From NCBI RefSeq assembly GCF_001457595.1, contig NZ_LN831039.1:5280001-5312000 (forward strand): 32,000 nucleotides of DNA, in the 5' to 3' direction. Within the stretch, counting starts at the first letter, position 1. Each line of letters opens with the position of its first letter. The translations under genes were made by a program, and so were the position numbers. The DNA comes from Mycolicibacterium smegmatis. Lineage in GTDB: Bacteria; Actinomycetota; Actinomycetes; Mycobacteriales; Mycobacteriaceae. The notes under the pieces are model-generated. The model made no database searches. It was not told the origin of the DNA and saw nothing but the letters and a program-made list of their open reading frames with translations. This document shows positions 1 through 8,471 of the stretch, in pieces.

Positions 1-183
1 CCCGGCGCGGACTTCGACTTCTTCCCGCTGGCCAACCCGGGCATCGTGTCGATCCCGCTGGCGTTCATCCTGGGCATCGTCGGCACGCTGACCTCGCCGG
101 ATGACGAGGATCCCGCCATCGCCGCCGAGATGGAGGTCCGCTCGCTGACCGGTGTCGGCGCTGAAAAAGCAATTTCACACTGA
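1..183 (+). CDS. C-terminus of cation/acetate symporter (ActP-like sodium:solute symporter), 5' truncated by window
   Basis: Frame 1 reads PGADFDFFPLANPGIVSIPLAFILGIVGTLTSPDDEDPAIAAEMEVRSLTGVGAEKAISH* ; the FPLxNPGIVSIPLxFxxGxxGT pattern is typical of ActP-family C-termini. Confidence 0.8.
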   Translation, partial: PGADFDFFPLANPGIVSIPLAFILGIVGTLTSPDDEDPAIAAEMEVRSLTGVGAEKAISH

Positions 184-247
184 CATCACATCTACCGGAC
201 GCCGGGTGTGGGGATTAGGTCGACGACGCGCAAGCGTTGATCGGGTC

Positions 248-1453
248 GTGCCCCACACTCGGCGTTTCTCATTTGCCCTTCTGGCCTATGCCTTCGCGGC
301 GATCATGGTCGGCACCACACTGCCGACCCCGATGTATGCGCTCTACGCCGAGCACATGAACTTCGCGGTGCTCACCACCACCGTCATCTACGCCACCTAC
401 GCCGGTGGCGTTCTGTTTGCGTTGCTGCTGTTCGGCCGCTGGTCGGACGCCATCGGCCGACGGCCCATGCTCTTGGCCGGTGTGGCGGCCGCGCTGATCA
501 GCGCCGGGGTGTTCCTGATGGCCGACTCCGTCCCGGTGCTGCTGATCGGGCGGATCTTCTCGGGCCTGTCGGCGGGCATCTTCACCGGGACCGCGACCGC
601 GGCCGTCATCGAGGCCGCACCGCCGGCCTGGCGCACCCGCGCCGCCGCGGTCGCCACCGTCGCCAACATCGGCGGCCTGGGCACCGGTCCGCTGCTCGCG
701 GGTCTGCTGGTCGAATACGCACCCCGACCGTTGCACCTGTCGTTCGTCGTCCACATCGTGATGGCGGTGCTCGCCGGCGCCGCGGTGTTCGCCGTTCCGG
801 AGACGTCGAGCAGGTCCGGCAGCATCGGCCTGCAGCGGCTCTCGGTGCCGCCCGAGGTGCGCACCGTGTTCGTCATCGCCGCCATCGCCGCGTTCGCCGG
901 TTTCGCCGTCACGGGGATGTACACGGCGGTCGCACCGTCGTTTCTGTCCAACGTGATCGGCGTCGACAACCACGCCGTCGCCGGTGCGGTCGCCTGCTCG
1001 ATCTTCGCGGCCTCGGCCGTCACACAGGTACTCGCCAACCGGGTCCAACCAGGGCGGGCCGTGGCCGTCGGCTGCGCGATCCTGATCGCCGGCATGCTCA
1101 TTCTCACTGCGGCACTGCTGTTCTCGTCACTGCCCGCACTGATCGCCGCGGCCGTCGTGTCCGGCGTCGGGCAGGGTATGAGCTTCAGCCGGGGGTTGGC
1201 CGCGATCGCTGAGAAGACCCCGCCCGACCGTCGCGCCGAGGTGAGCTCGACCTATTTCGTCGTCGCCTACGTCGCGATCTCGCTGCCCGTGGTCGGTGAG
1301 GGGCTCTCGGCGCAACACTGGGGCCTGCGCCCCGCAGGCATCGCGTTCGCTCTTGCGGTCTGCGTGCTCGCGGTGATCTGTCTGGTGGCCATCCTGGTCG
1401 AGGAATCCCGGCAGAGACGCGCCGAGAGCGCGGAATTGAGTGCTTCTACCTAG
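248..1453 (+). CDS. MFS transporter
   Basis: Multi-TM protein with MFS signature (LLFGRWSDAIGRRPMLLAG). The ORF track opens at GTG 152, overlapping the upstream CDS; GTG 248 (VPHTRRFSFALLAYAF) is the more plausible start. Confidence 0.85.
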   Translation: MPHTRRFSFALLAYAFAAIMVGTTLPTPMYALYAEHMNFAVLTTTVIYATYAGGVLFALLLFGRWSDAIGRRPMLLAGVAAALISAGVFLMADSVPVLLIGRIFSGLSAGIFTGTATAAVIEAAPPAWRTRAAAVATVANIGGLGTGPLLAGLLVEYAPRPLHLSFVVHIVMAVLAGAAVFAVPETSSRSGSIGLQRLSVPPEVRTVFVIAAIAAFAGFAVTGMYTAVAPSFLSNVIGVDNHAVAGAVACSIFAASAVTQVLANRVQPGRAVAVGCAILIAGMLILTAALLFSSLPALIAAAVVSGVGQGMSFSRGLAAIAEKTPPDRRAEVSSTYFVVAYVAISLPVVGEGLSAQHWGLRPAGIAFALAVCVLAVICLVAILVEESRQRRAESAELSAST

Positions 1454-1489
1454 AGACCCCATCGCCGACGCCCCATAGCGTTTGCTTCC

Positions 1490-2818
1490 ATGACAGCAAA
1501 CGCGATGACGGTGTTCCCCAGCCCGGCCGAGGTGGCGGCGAGCACTCCGCACGACCGTGACCGTGCCATCGACGTCATCCGCATCGTGAGCCTGGTGGGT
1601 GTGGTGCTGGGCCACACGATCATGGCGACCAGCACGATCCGCGACGACGTGTTCATCTGGAGCAACCTGCTCACGGCCTCGCCCGTGTTCCAGGCGCTGA
1701 CCTGGGTGTTCCAGATCATGCCGCTGTTCTTCTTCGCCGGGGTCGCGGCGTGCGTGCAATCGTGGCGGCCCGGCACCGCGTGGGGCGGATGGCTGCTGCG
1801 CCGCTGCACGCGGTTGTACCGCCCGGTGTTCTACTACCTGGCGTTCTGGACCGCCACGCTGGTGGTGCTGCGCGCGATCCTCCCCGTGCACGTATACGAA
1901 CCGATCGCGGGCATCTCGACACAGTTGTTGTGGTTCCTGGGCGCCTACGTCCTGGTGCTGGCCGCCGTGCCACTGCTCGCGCGCATCACCACCACCGGCC
2001 GGCTCGCCGCCGCGGTGCTCGGGACCTATGTGTTCATCGCGGCCGTCGACACCGTGCGGATCAACGCCGACGGCTACGCCACGCTGGGCTACCTCAACAC
2101 CGTGGTGTGGCTGATCCCCGGCATGCTCGGTGTCGCCTACCGCCGGCGGTTGTTGTCCGCACGTGCGGCCCTGCGGATCGGCCTGGTCATGCTCAGTGTC
2201 AACCTGGCGCTGTTGTACTTCGGCCCTTATGAATTGAGCCTCGTCGGCATCGAGACCCAGCAGCTCAAGAACATGACACCGCCGTCACTGCTGCTGGCCG
2301 GGCACGCAATCATGCTGTGCGCGTTCGCGATCGCGCTGGCACCCGCGATCACCCGGTGGGCGCAACGGCCCCGCGTGTGGTGGCTCGCCGTGATCGGCAA
2401 CTCCGGGGCGATGACGCTGTACCTGTGGCACATGCCGCTGCTGCTCGGCATGCACCTTGTGTTCGACTACGCCGGGTTCGACCGCTACGACCCGGCCTCA
2501 CCCGGTTTCGTCGCGCTGTCGGTGGTGCAGATGGTGCTGATGACGGCTCTGGTCGGTATCGCGTTCGTGGCGCTGCGCCCGCTGGAGAACAACCCGCTGC
2601 CGCTGTGGGACGGCGGATCCGTGCCCACGCCGGGGATGCGCAGCCTGACGGTCGGACTGTTGCTGTGCACGGCAGGCGCGGCGACGCTGGCCTCGGTGGC
2701 GTGGGGCCTCAAAGACCAGGGGGTCTACTGCGTCGTCGTGATGATCGCGGCGCTTGTTCTTGCGCGTTGGCTCGCAAACCCTGCTGCGATCCGCTCCGCG
2801 GCAGTCGAATTGGCCTGA
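1490..2818 (+). CDS. Acyltransferase 3 family membrane protein
   Basis: RAIDVIRIVSLVGVVLGH...MPLFFFAGVAACVQSW...RRCTRLYRPVFYY pattern of the acyltransferase 3 family; multi-TM. Start may instead be ATG 1505. Confidence 0.85.
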   Translation: MTANAMTVFPSPAEVAASTPHDRDRAIDVIRIVSLVGVVLGHTIMATSTIRDDVFIWSNLLTASPVFQALTWVFQIMPLFFFAGVAACVQSWRPGTAWGGWLLRRCTRLYRPVFYYLAFWTATLVVLRAILPVHVYEPIAGISTQLLWFLGAYVLVLAAVPLLARITTTGRLAAAVLGTYVFIAAVDTVRINADGYATLGYLNTVVWLIPGMLGVAYRRRLLSARAALRIGLVMLSVNLALLYFGPYELSLVGIETQQLKNMTPPSLLLAGHAIMLCAFAIALAPAITRWAQRPRVWWLAVIGNSGAMTLYLWHMPLLLGMHLVFDYAGFDRYDPASPGFVALSVVQMVLMTALVGIAFVALRPLENNPLPLWDGGSVPTPGMRSLTVGLLLCTAGAATLASVAWGLKDQGVYCVVVMIAALVLARWLANPAAIRSAAVELA

Positions 2819-2819
2819 A

Positions 2820-2990
2820 CTACCCGCTCTTACGCCGGAACTCGCGGCGGTTTTCGACGGGGCCGTGTGACCGTGGCTGGGTCCGTCCGGCGTCCTTGTG
2901 GTCGGCTCCGCCTGCCGCCTTGGCCTTCTTGCGCTCCAGCGCCTCCCGGAACTTGCGCTTGTTGTCGCTCTCGGGAGTCTCGTCGGTCAT
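2820..2990 (-). CDS. DUF5302-like small hydrophilic protein (56 aa)
   Basis: Manual translation: MTDETPESDNKRKFREALERKKAKAAGGADHKDAGRTQPRSHGPVENRREFRRKSG*. KRKFREALERK motif typical of the family; absent from the supplied ORF track because it is under 60 aa. Confidence 0.8.
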   Translation of the reverse strand: MTDETPESDNKRKFREALERKKAKAAGGADHKDAGRTQPRSHGPVENRREFRRKSG

Positions 2991-3008
2991 GCGCTCAGCC
3001 TAGACCGC

Positions 3009-3461
<453 letters not shown>

Positions 3462-3611
3462 CTACGTCGTTTCTCGGGAGGATCCCGCCGTCGCGCGCAG
3501 ATCTTTACGATCGTCTCGATGGCGACGATCGACGGCAACACTCTCGAGGGGATCTCGGCGACCACGCCGTGGACGCTCCACCACCGAGCAAGCGGGGCCA
3601 AGCGCTCCAAC

Positions 3612-4532
3612 GTGGTTCGTTTTCTGGCCCCGCTGCTCGCAGCGATCGTGACGTCGGCCGGGTGCGGTGCGCTGCCCACGGAGGTGACCGAGACGCCCGC
3701 CGCGGCCGAGGTCGAGGTGCTGCCCGAGGTGACCGTTCAGCGCTTCGAGTACGCCGCGGACAGCGAGCAGAACTGGGCCGACCTGTACCTGCCTGCCGGT
3801 CCGCAGCAGGTGGACTCGATCCCGCTGGTGGTCCTCATCCACGGCGGAGCGTGGCAGAGCAAGCTCGGCGCCGACGTGTTCGACGGCCTCGCCAGGGAAC
3901 TCGCCGACCACGGTATGGCCGTCTACAACATCGAGTACCGCCGCGTCGGCTCCGGCGGCGGCTGGCCCACGACGTTCCACGACGTGGCCACCGCCCTCGA
4001 CTACGTCACCGAGGTGGACAAGAGGTTCCCGCAGCTCACCGTCGACGACGAACTCGTCGTCGGGCACAGTGCGGGCGCGCAACTCGCGGTGTGGGCGGGC
4101 ACCCGGCACAAGCTGCGTGACGACGAGGTCGGCTCGCACCCGTCGTTCCGGCCCACGCGCGTCGTCTCGCTGGCCGGGCCGCTGGACATGGTGTACGCGG
4201 CCGAGCACGGCGACCACCACATCGTGCGCGTGCTCGGCGGCCGCCCCACCGAGGTGCCGGACCGCTACACCTCGGTGGACCCGATCCAGAACATCGATCC
4301 CGAGGTGCCGGTGCTCGCCCTGCACGGGACCCGCGACACCGTCGTGTCGCCCGAGAATTCCAGGCGCTACGTCGCCGCGGTCAAACAGCAGGGCGGGCGC
4401 GCCGCGGTGAAGATGCTGACCGGCGAAAACCACACCTCGATCGTGTCGTTGCGCTCGCCCAGCCACGACGAGGTGCTGCGCGCGATCACCACGACCTCAC
4501 AAACCGATTTGGACGACCTGCTGACCGAGTGA
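3612..4532 (+). CDS. Alpha/beta-hydrolase (carboxylesterase-like) lipoprotein
   Basis: Signal-like VVRFLAPLLAAIVTSAGC lipobox followed by HGGAW oxyanion motif, GHSAGA nucleophile elbow and ALHGTRD. The track ORF opens at 3453; GTG 3612 gives a clean lipoprotein signal peptide. Confidence 0.8.
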   Translation: MVRFLAPLLAAIVTSAGCGALPTEVTETPAAAEVEVLPEVTVQRFEYAADSEQNWADLYLPAGPQQVDSIPLVVLIHGGAWQSKLGADVFDGLARELADHGMAVYNIEYRRVGSGGGWPTTFHDVATALDYVTEVDKRFPQLTVDDELVVGHSAGAQLAVWAGTRHKLRDDEVGSHPSFRPTRVVSLAGPLDMVYAAEHGDHHIVRVLGGRPTEVPDRYTSVDPIQNIDPEVPVLALHGTRDTVVSPENSRRYVAAVKQQGGRAAVKMLTGENHTSIVSLRSPSHDEVLRAITTTSQTDLDDLLTE

Positions 4533-4551
4533 CGGACTACGCTGACGTGCC

Positions 4552-5067
4552 ATGACGCGCTATGCGGCCTTCCTGCGCGGGGTGAACGTCGGTGGCATCA
4601 ACATCAAGATGGCCGAGCTGGCGCGCGTGCTCACCGATGCCGGATTCGACGACGTCCGCACCATCCTTGCAAGCGGGAATGTCCTGCTGGACAGCGCATC
4701 CGACGCGGACGGTGTGCGTGAGACCGCCGAGCGTGCACTGCGTGAGGCGTTCGGATACGAGGCGTGGGTGCTGGTCTACGACCTCGGGCAACTCGCCCGG
4801 ATCTCGGCCGCGTACCCGTTCGAGCGCGAGGTCGAGGACCACCACTCGTACGTGACGTTCGTCAGTGACCCCGCCGTGCTCGACGAACTCGCCGCGCTGC
4901 CGCCCGGTCCGGGTGAGCAGGTGCGACGCGGTGACGGCGTGCTCTACTGGCAGGTGCCGCGCACCGCGACGCTGGACAGCGCGATCGGCAAGACCATGGG
5001 CAAGAAGCGATACAAGTCCTCGACCACCACCCGCAACCTGCGCACGCTCGACAAAGTGTTGCGCTGA
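4552..5067 (+). CDS. DUF1697 domain-containing protein
   Basis: MTRYAAFLRGVNVGGINIKMAELARVLTDAGFDDVRTILASGNVLLDS is the classic DUF1697 N-terminus. Confidence 0.92.
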   Translation: MTRYAAFLRGVNVGGINIKMAELARVLTDAGFDDVRTILASGNVLLDSASDADGVRETAERALREAFGYEAWVLVYDLGQLARISAAYPFEREVEDHHSYVTFVSDPAVLDELAALPPGPGEQVRRGDGVLYWQVPRTATLDSAIGKTMGKKRYKSSTTTRNLRTLDKVLR

Positions 5068-5090
5068 CCGGTTTCGGTACATTCGGGCAG

Positions 5091-5927
5091 GTGACGACCG
5101 ATGCCACCGCACGCACCAGAGTCTCGCTGACCGGGGTCTCCGAAACCGCGCTGCTCACGCTGCAGGTTCGGGCGAACGAGGCGCGTCGCCCCGACGGACT
5201 CATCAAGGATCCCATGGCCGTGCAGCTCGTCGATTCGATCGACTTCGACTTCGCCAAGTTCGGCCACTCGCACCGCCAGGACATGGCGCTGCGGTCGCTG
5301 ATCTTCGACCGCGCCACGAGCGACTACCTGCGGGATCATCCGAAGGCGACCGTGGTGGCGCTCGCCGAGGGGCTGCAGACCAGCTTCTACCGGCTCAACG
5401 AGGCCGGCGTCGGTGATCAGTTCTGCTGGCTCACGGTGGATCTGCCGCCGATGGTCGAGATCCGGAACAAGCTGCTGCCGCCGTCGGACCGGGTGCGCAC
5501 GCGTGCGCAGTCGGCGCTCGACTACAGCTGGATGGACCAGGTCGACGACTCCGAGGGCGTGTTCATCACCGCCGAAGGGCTGCTGATGTACCTGCAGCCC
5601 GAGGAGTCCATGGGCCTGATCAAGGAATGCGCGCGGCGCTTCCCGGACGGCCAGATGATCTTCGACCTGCCGCCGTCGTGGTTCGCCGCGTGGGCGCGCA
5701 AGGGCATGCGCACATCGCGGCGCTACCGGGTGCCGCCGATGCCGTTCAGCCTCTCCCCGGCCGAGGTCGCCGACCTGGTGAACACCGTGCCCGGTGTGCG
5801 CGTGGTGCACGATCTGCCGTTCCCGCCGGCGCGCGGCAAGTTCATGCGCACCGTGGTGTGGGGCGTGCAGCGCCTGCCGCTGTTCGACCCCATCCGCCCC
5901 GTCATGGCGCTGCTCGAGTTCGGCTGA
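5091..5927 (+). CDS. Class I SAM-dependent methyltransferase (leucine carboxyl methyltransferase / Omt-like)
   Basis: RVSLTGVSETALLTLQVRANEARRPDGLIKDPMAVQL... VFITAEGLLMYLQPEE; gene context matches omt (Rv1153c). Confidence 0.85.
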   Translation: MTTDATARTRVSLTGVSETALLTLQVRANEARRPDGLIKDPMAVQLVDSIDFDFAKFGHSHRQDMALRSLIFDRATSDYLRDHPKATVVALAEGLQTSFYRLNEAGVGDQFCWLTVDLPPMVEIRNKLLPPSDRVRTRAQSALDYSWMDQVDDSEGVFITAEGLLMYLQPEESMGLIKECARRFPDGQMIFDLPPSWFAAWARKGMRTSRRYRVPPMPFSLSPAEVADLVNTVPGVRVVHDLPFPPARGKFMRTVVWGVQRLPLFDPIRPVMALLEFG

Positions 5928-5939
5928 GCGCGCCTGGCG

Positions 5940-6305
5940 TCAGTCCAGCGCGGACTCGATGTAGCGCAGCGCGTCGTCCCTGGAGATTCCCAGCGACCGG
6001 GCCGCCTCGGCGAACGAGTTGGCCGCGGCGGCCATGGCGGCGTCGGCCGGATCGGCGCGCGCCACGAAGGTGCCGAACCGCCCCCGCGTCTCCAGCACCC
6101 CCGCAGCTTCGAGTTCCCGGTAGGACCGGGCCACGGTGTTGACGGCCAGACCGACGTGCGTGGCAAGTTCGCGCACGGTGGGTAATCGGGTGCCCGGAGA
6201 CAGTCGCCCGTCTCGGATCCCATCGATGATCTGTACCCTGAGCTGGTCAAACAACGGTTTGTCGCTATCGGGATCTATAGAGACCCAATCCCCCAATTCG
6301 GTCAC
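5940..6305 (-). CDS. GntR family transcriptional regulator (YtrA subfamily)
   Basis: [65 protein letters not shown] wHTH with a short C-terminus. Confidence 0.92.
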
Positions 6306-6370
6306 ACCCTTGAGTATGCTCCTTTATCCGTCCAGGTCCTCCTGACCCGCCGTCCCGAAGACCCGCTACC

Positions 6371-7102
6371 TTGGTTGACGTGCAAGTTACTGTGCTCAGC
6401 GGCGCCGGGATCTCGGCAGAAAGCGGCGTGCCCACGTTCCGCGACGCCGAGACCGGCCTGTGGGCCCAGGTCGACCCGTACGAGATCTCCAGCACCGACG
6501 GTTGGCAGCGCAACCCCGAGAAGGTGTGGGCCTGGTATCTGTGGCGGCACTACATGATGGCGCGGGTCGCGCCCAACGAAGCGCACCGCACCGTGGCCGC
6601 CTGGGAGGACCACCTCGACGTGCGCGTCGTCACCCAGAACATCGACGATCTGCACGAGCGCGCGGGCAGCACCAATGTGTACCACCTGCACGGCAGCCTG
6701 TTCGAATTCCGTTGTGACGCTTGCGGGTCTGCGTTCGAGGGCAACCTCCCCGAGATGCCGGAACCGGTCGAGACCATCGACCCGCCGGTGTGCCCGTGCA
6801 GCGGCCTGATCCGTCCCAGCGTGGTGTGGTTCGGCGAGCCGCTGCCCGACGCCGCCTGGAATCGCTCGGTGCTCGCGGTGAGCAGCGCCGACGTGGTGAT
6901 CGTGGTCGGCACGAGTTCGATCGTCTACCCGGCCGCCGGTCTCCCCGAGGCGGCCCTGGCCGCGGGAAAGCCCGTCATCGAGGTCAACCCCGAGCGCACG
7001 CCGCTGTCCGACAGCGCCACGGTCTCGTTGCGCGAGACCGCCAGCGAGGCACTTCCGACGTTGTTGCAGCGCCTGCCCGAACTGCTCAACCGCTCGGCCT
7101 GA
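6371..7102 (+). CDS. cobB: NAD-dependent protein deacylase, SIR2 family
   Basis: [70 protein letters not shown]. Start is TTG 6371 or GTG 6380. Confidence 0.95.
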   Translation: MVDVQVTVLSGAGISAESGVPTFRDAETGLWAQVDPYEISSTDGWQRNPEKVWAWYLWRHYMMARVAPNEAHRTVAAWEDHLDVRVVTQNIDDLHERAGSTNVYHLHGSLFEFRCDACGSAFEGNLPEMPEPVETIDPPVCPCSGLIRPSVVWFGEPLPDAAWNRSVLAVSSADVVIVVGTSSIVYPAAGLPEAALAAGKPVIEVNPERTPLSDSATVSLRETASEALPTLLQRLPELLNRSA

Positions 7103-7105
7103 ACT

Positions 7106-7762
7106 CTAGGGCCGCACCGCCCGGCCGATCGCGAACTCCGTGGTGGGCACCGGCACCCACGCCGGCAGGACCTGCTCGCGTCGGCGCCCCCGCACGCCGA
7201 ACCCGCTGGACGCGATGACCTGCTCGGTGTGACGGTGCGTGTGGCAGCCGCCGAACAGCTTCGGCCACACGGTCGCGTCGGCCAGGCGCTGCAGCCGGGC
7301 CTGGAAGCCCGTGCCCGCCACATGCTCCAGGTAGCGCAGCTCACCGCCCGGGCGCAACAGTGAATACAGCTGTCCGACAACCTGTTCCGGGTCGTCAACC
7401 GAACACAGCACCAACGAGCACACCACTGCGTCGAACGGCTGTGCGCTGGCAAAGGTTTCGATGGTGTCGCCGGTGACCGAGACCGGCACCGGCGCCTTCG
7501 CCGCGGCCTGACGCGCCACGTCGGCGAGCCTGCGTTCGGGTTCGATGGCCACGACCTCGTCGACCGTGGACGGATAGAACTCGAAGTTGGTGCCGGTGCC
7601 CGCGCCCACCTCGAGCACGCGTCCGCTCAGCCCGGCGAGGTTCTCCGCGCGCATGCGGCGCACCGACTCGGTCTCGTGTGTCGACAGCGTCTTCCACAGC
7701 CACGCGAAGAACGGGTTGTCGACGGGTTCGGGCTGTGCCGCGTCAGTTGGGGGCATCGGCAA
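7106..7762 (-). CDS. Class I SAM-dependent methyltransferase
   Basis: VLEVGAGTGTNFEFYPSTVDEVVAIEP...FDAVVCSLVLCSVDDPEQVVGQLYSLLRPGGELRYLEH; UbiE/methyltransferase-11-like. Confidence 0.9.
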   Translation of the reverse strand: MPMPPTDAAQPEPVDNPFFAWLWKTLSTHETESVRRMRAENLAGLSGRVLEVGAGTGTNFEFYPSTVDEVVAIEPERRLADVARQAAAKAPVPVSVTGDTIETFASAQPFDAVVCSLVLCSVDDPEQVVGQLYSLLRPGGELRYLEHVAGTGFQARLQRLADATVWPKLFGGCHTHRHTEQVIASSGFGVRGRRREQVLPAWVPVPTTEFAIGRAVRP

Positions 7763-8471
7763 GTCCTTTCAGTCGTGCGACGGCCTCACTGGGTGTCACG
7801 TCGTTGCCGATGATGCCCGACACGATGTGGCCCGAACAGACCGCGCGCAGAACCCGATCGGCGAACTCGTGCGTATCTCCCCACGGCAGATACGGCTTGG
7901 CGATCAGCATCGCGGCCACACCGTGCGCGGCGGTCCACAATTCCAGCGCCCAGGTGGTGGCGTCACCGGGCGGGTAGATCCCCTCGTCCATCAGCTTCTC
8001 GATCGTCGCGCGCATGTGCCGGAACGCCGAACTGTTCAAGGTGATGTCGACGTCGCTGCCGGGGCGGCCCTCGGCCATCGTGGCCAGCCGGTACAGCTCG
8101 GGGGTCTGGGTCGCGAACTCCACGTAGGCCAGCCCCTGGGCGCGCAGCACGTCGATGGTCGACGGCTGGCCCGCCGCCACGCGCTGCATCTGCTGGTCGA
8201 GTTTCTCGAAGTACCGCGCGCACACCGCATCCAGCAGGGCGTCCTTGTCGGCGAAGTGCAGATAGATCGACGGTGGTGTCACCCCGACCCGTTTGGCCAC
8301 GGCGCGGATCGAGACATCTTTGGCGTGGCCGGTTTCCAGCAGCAGATCGGTGGTGGCGTCGAGGATCTCCTCACGCAACAGCTCGCCGGAGCCGCGGCGG
8401 GCACGCCGGCGCTTGATCGGGCACGGCGAGTTCGCGCCCGCATGCGGGTTCGGTGTCGGCACGCTACCCAC
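7743..8471 (-). CDS. TetR/AcrR family transcriptional regulator
   Basis: REEILDATTDLLLETGHAKDVSIRAVAKRVGVTPPSIYLHFADKDALLDAV N-terminal HTH; overlaps the MMPL and methyltransferase genes on both sides. Confidence 0.93.
   Translation of the reverse strand: MGSVPTPNPHAGANSPCPIKRRRARRGSGELLREEILDATTDLLLETGHAKDVSIRAVAKRVGVTPPSIYLHFADKDALLDAVCARYFEKLDQQMQRVAAGQPSTIDVLRAQGLAYVEFATQTPELYRLATMAEGRPGSDVDITLNSSAFRHMRATIEKLMDEGIYPPGDATTWALELWTAAHGVAAMLIAKPYLPWGDTHEFADRVLRAVCSGHIVSGIIGNDVTPSEAVARLKGLADAPN

Noticed and set aside
3462-4466. 334-aa minus-strand ORF
   Set aside because: Antisense shadow of the esterase lipoprotein, which has catalytic motifs and a lipobox.
6274-6281. TCTATAGA palindrome near the start of the GntR gene
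   Set aside because: Only 8 bp and inside the coding sequence; no longer symmetry, likely chance.
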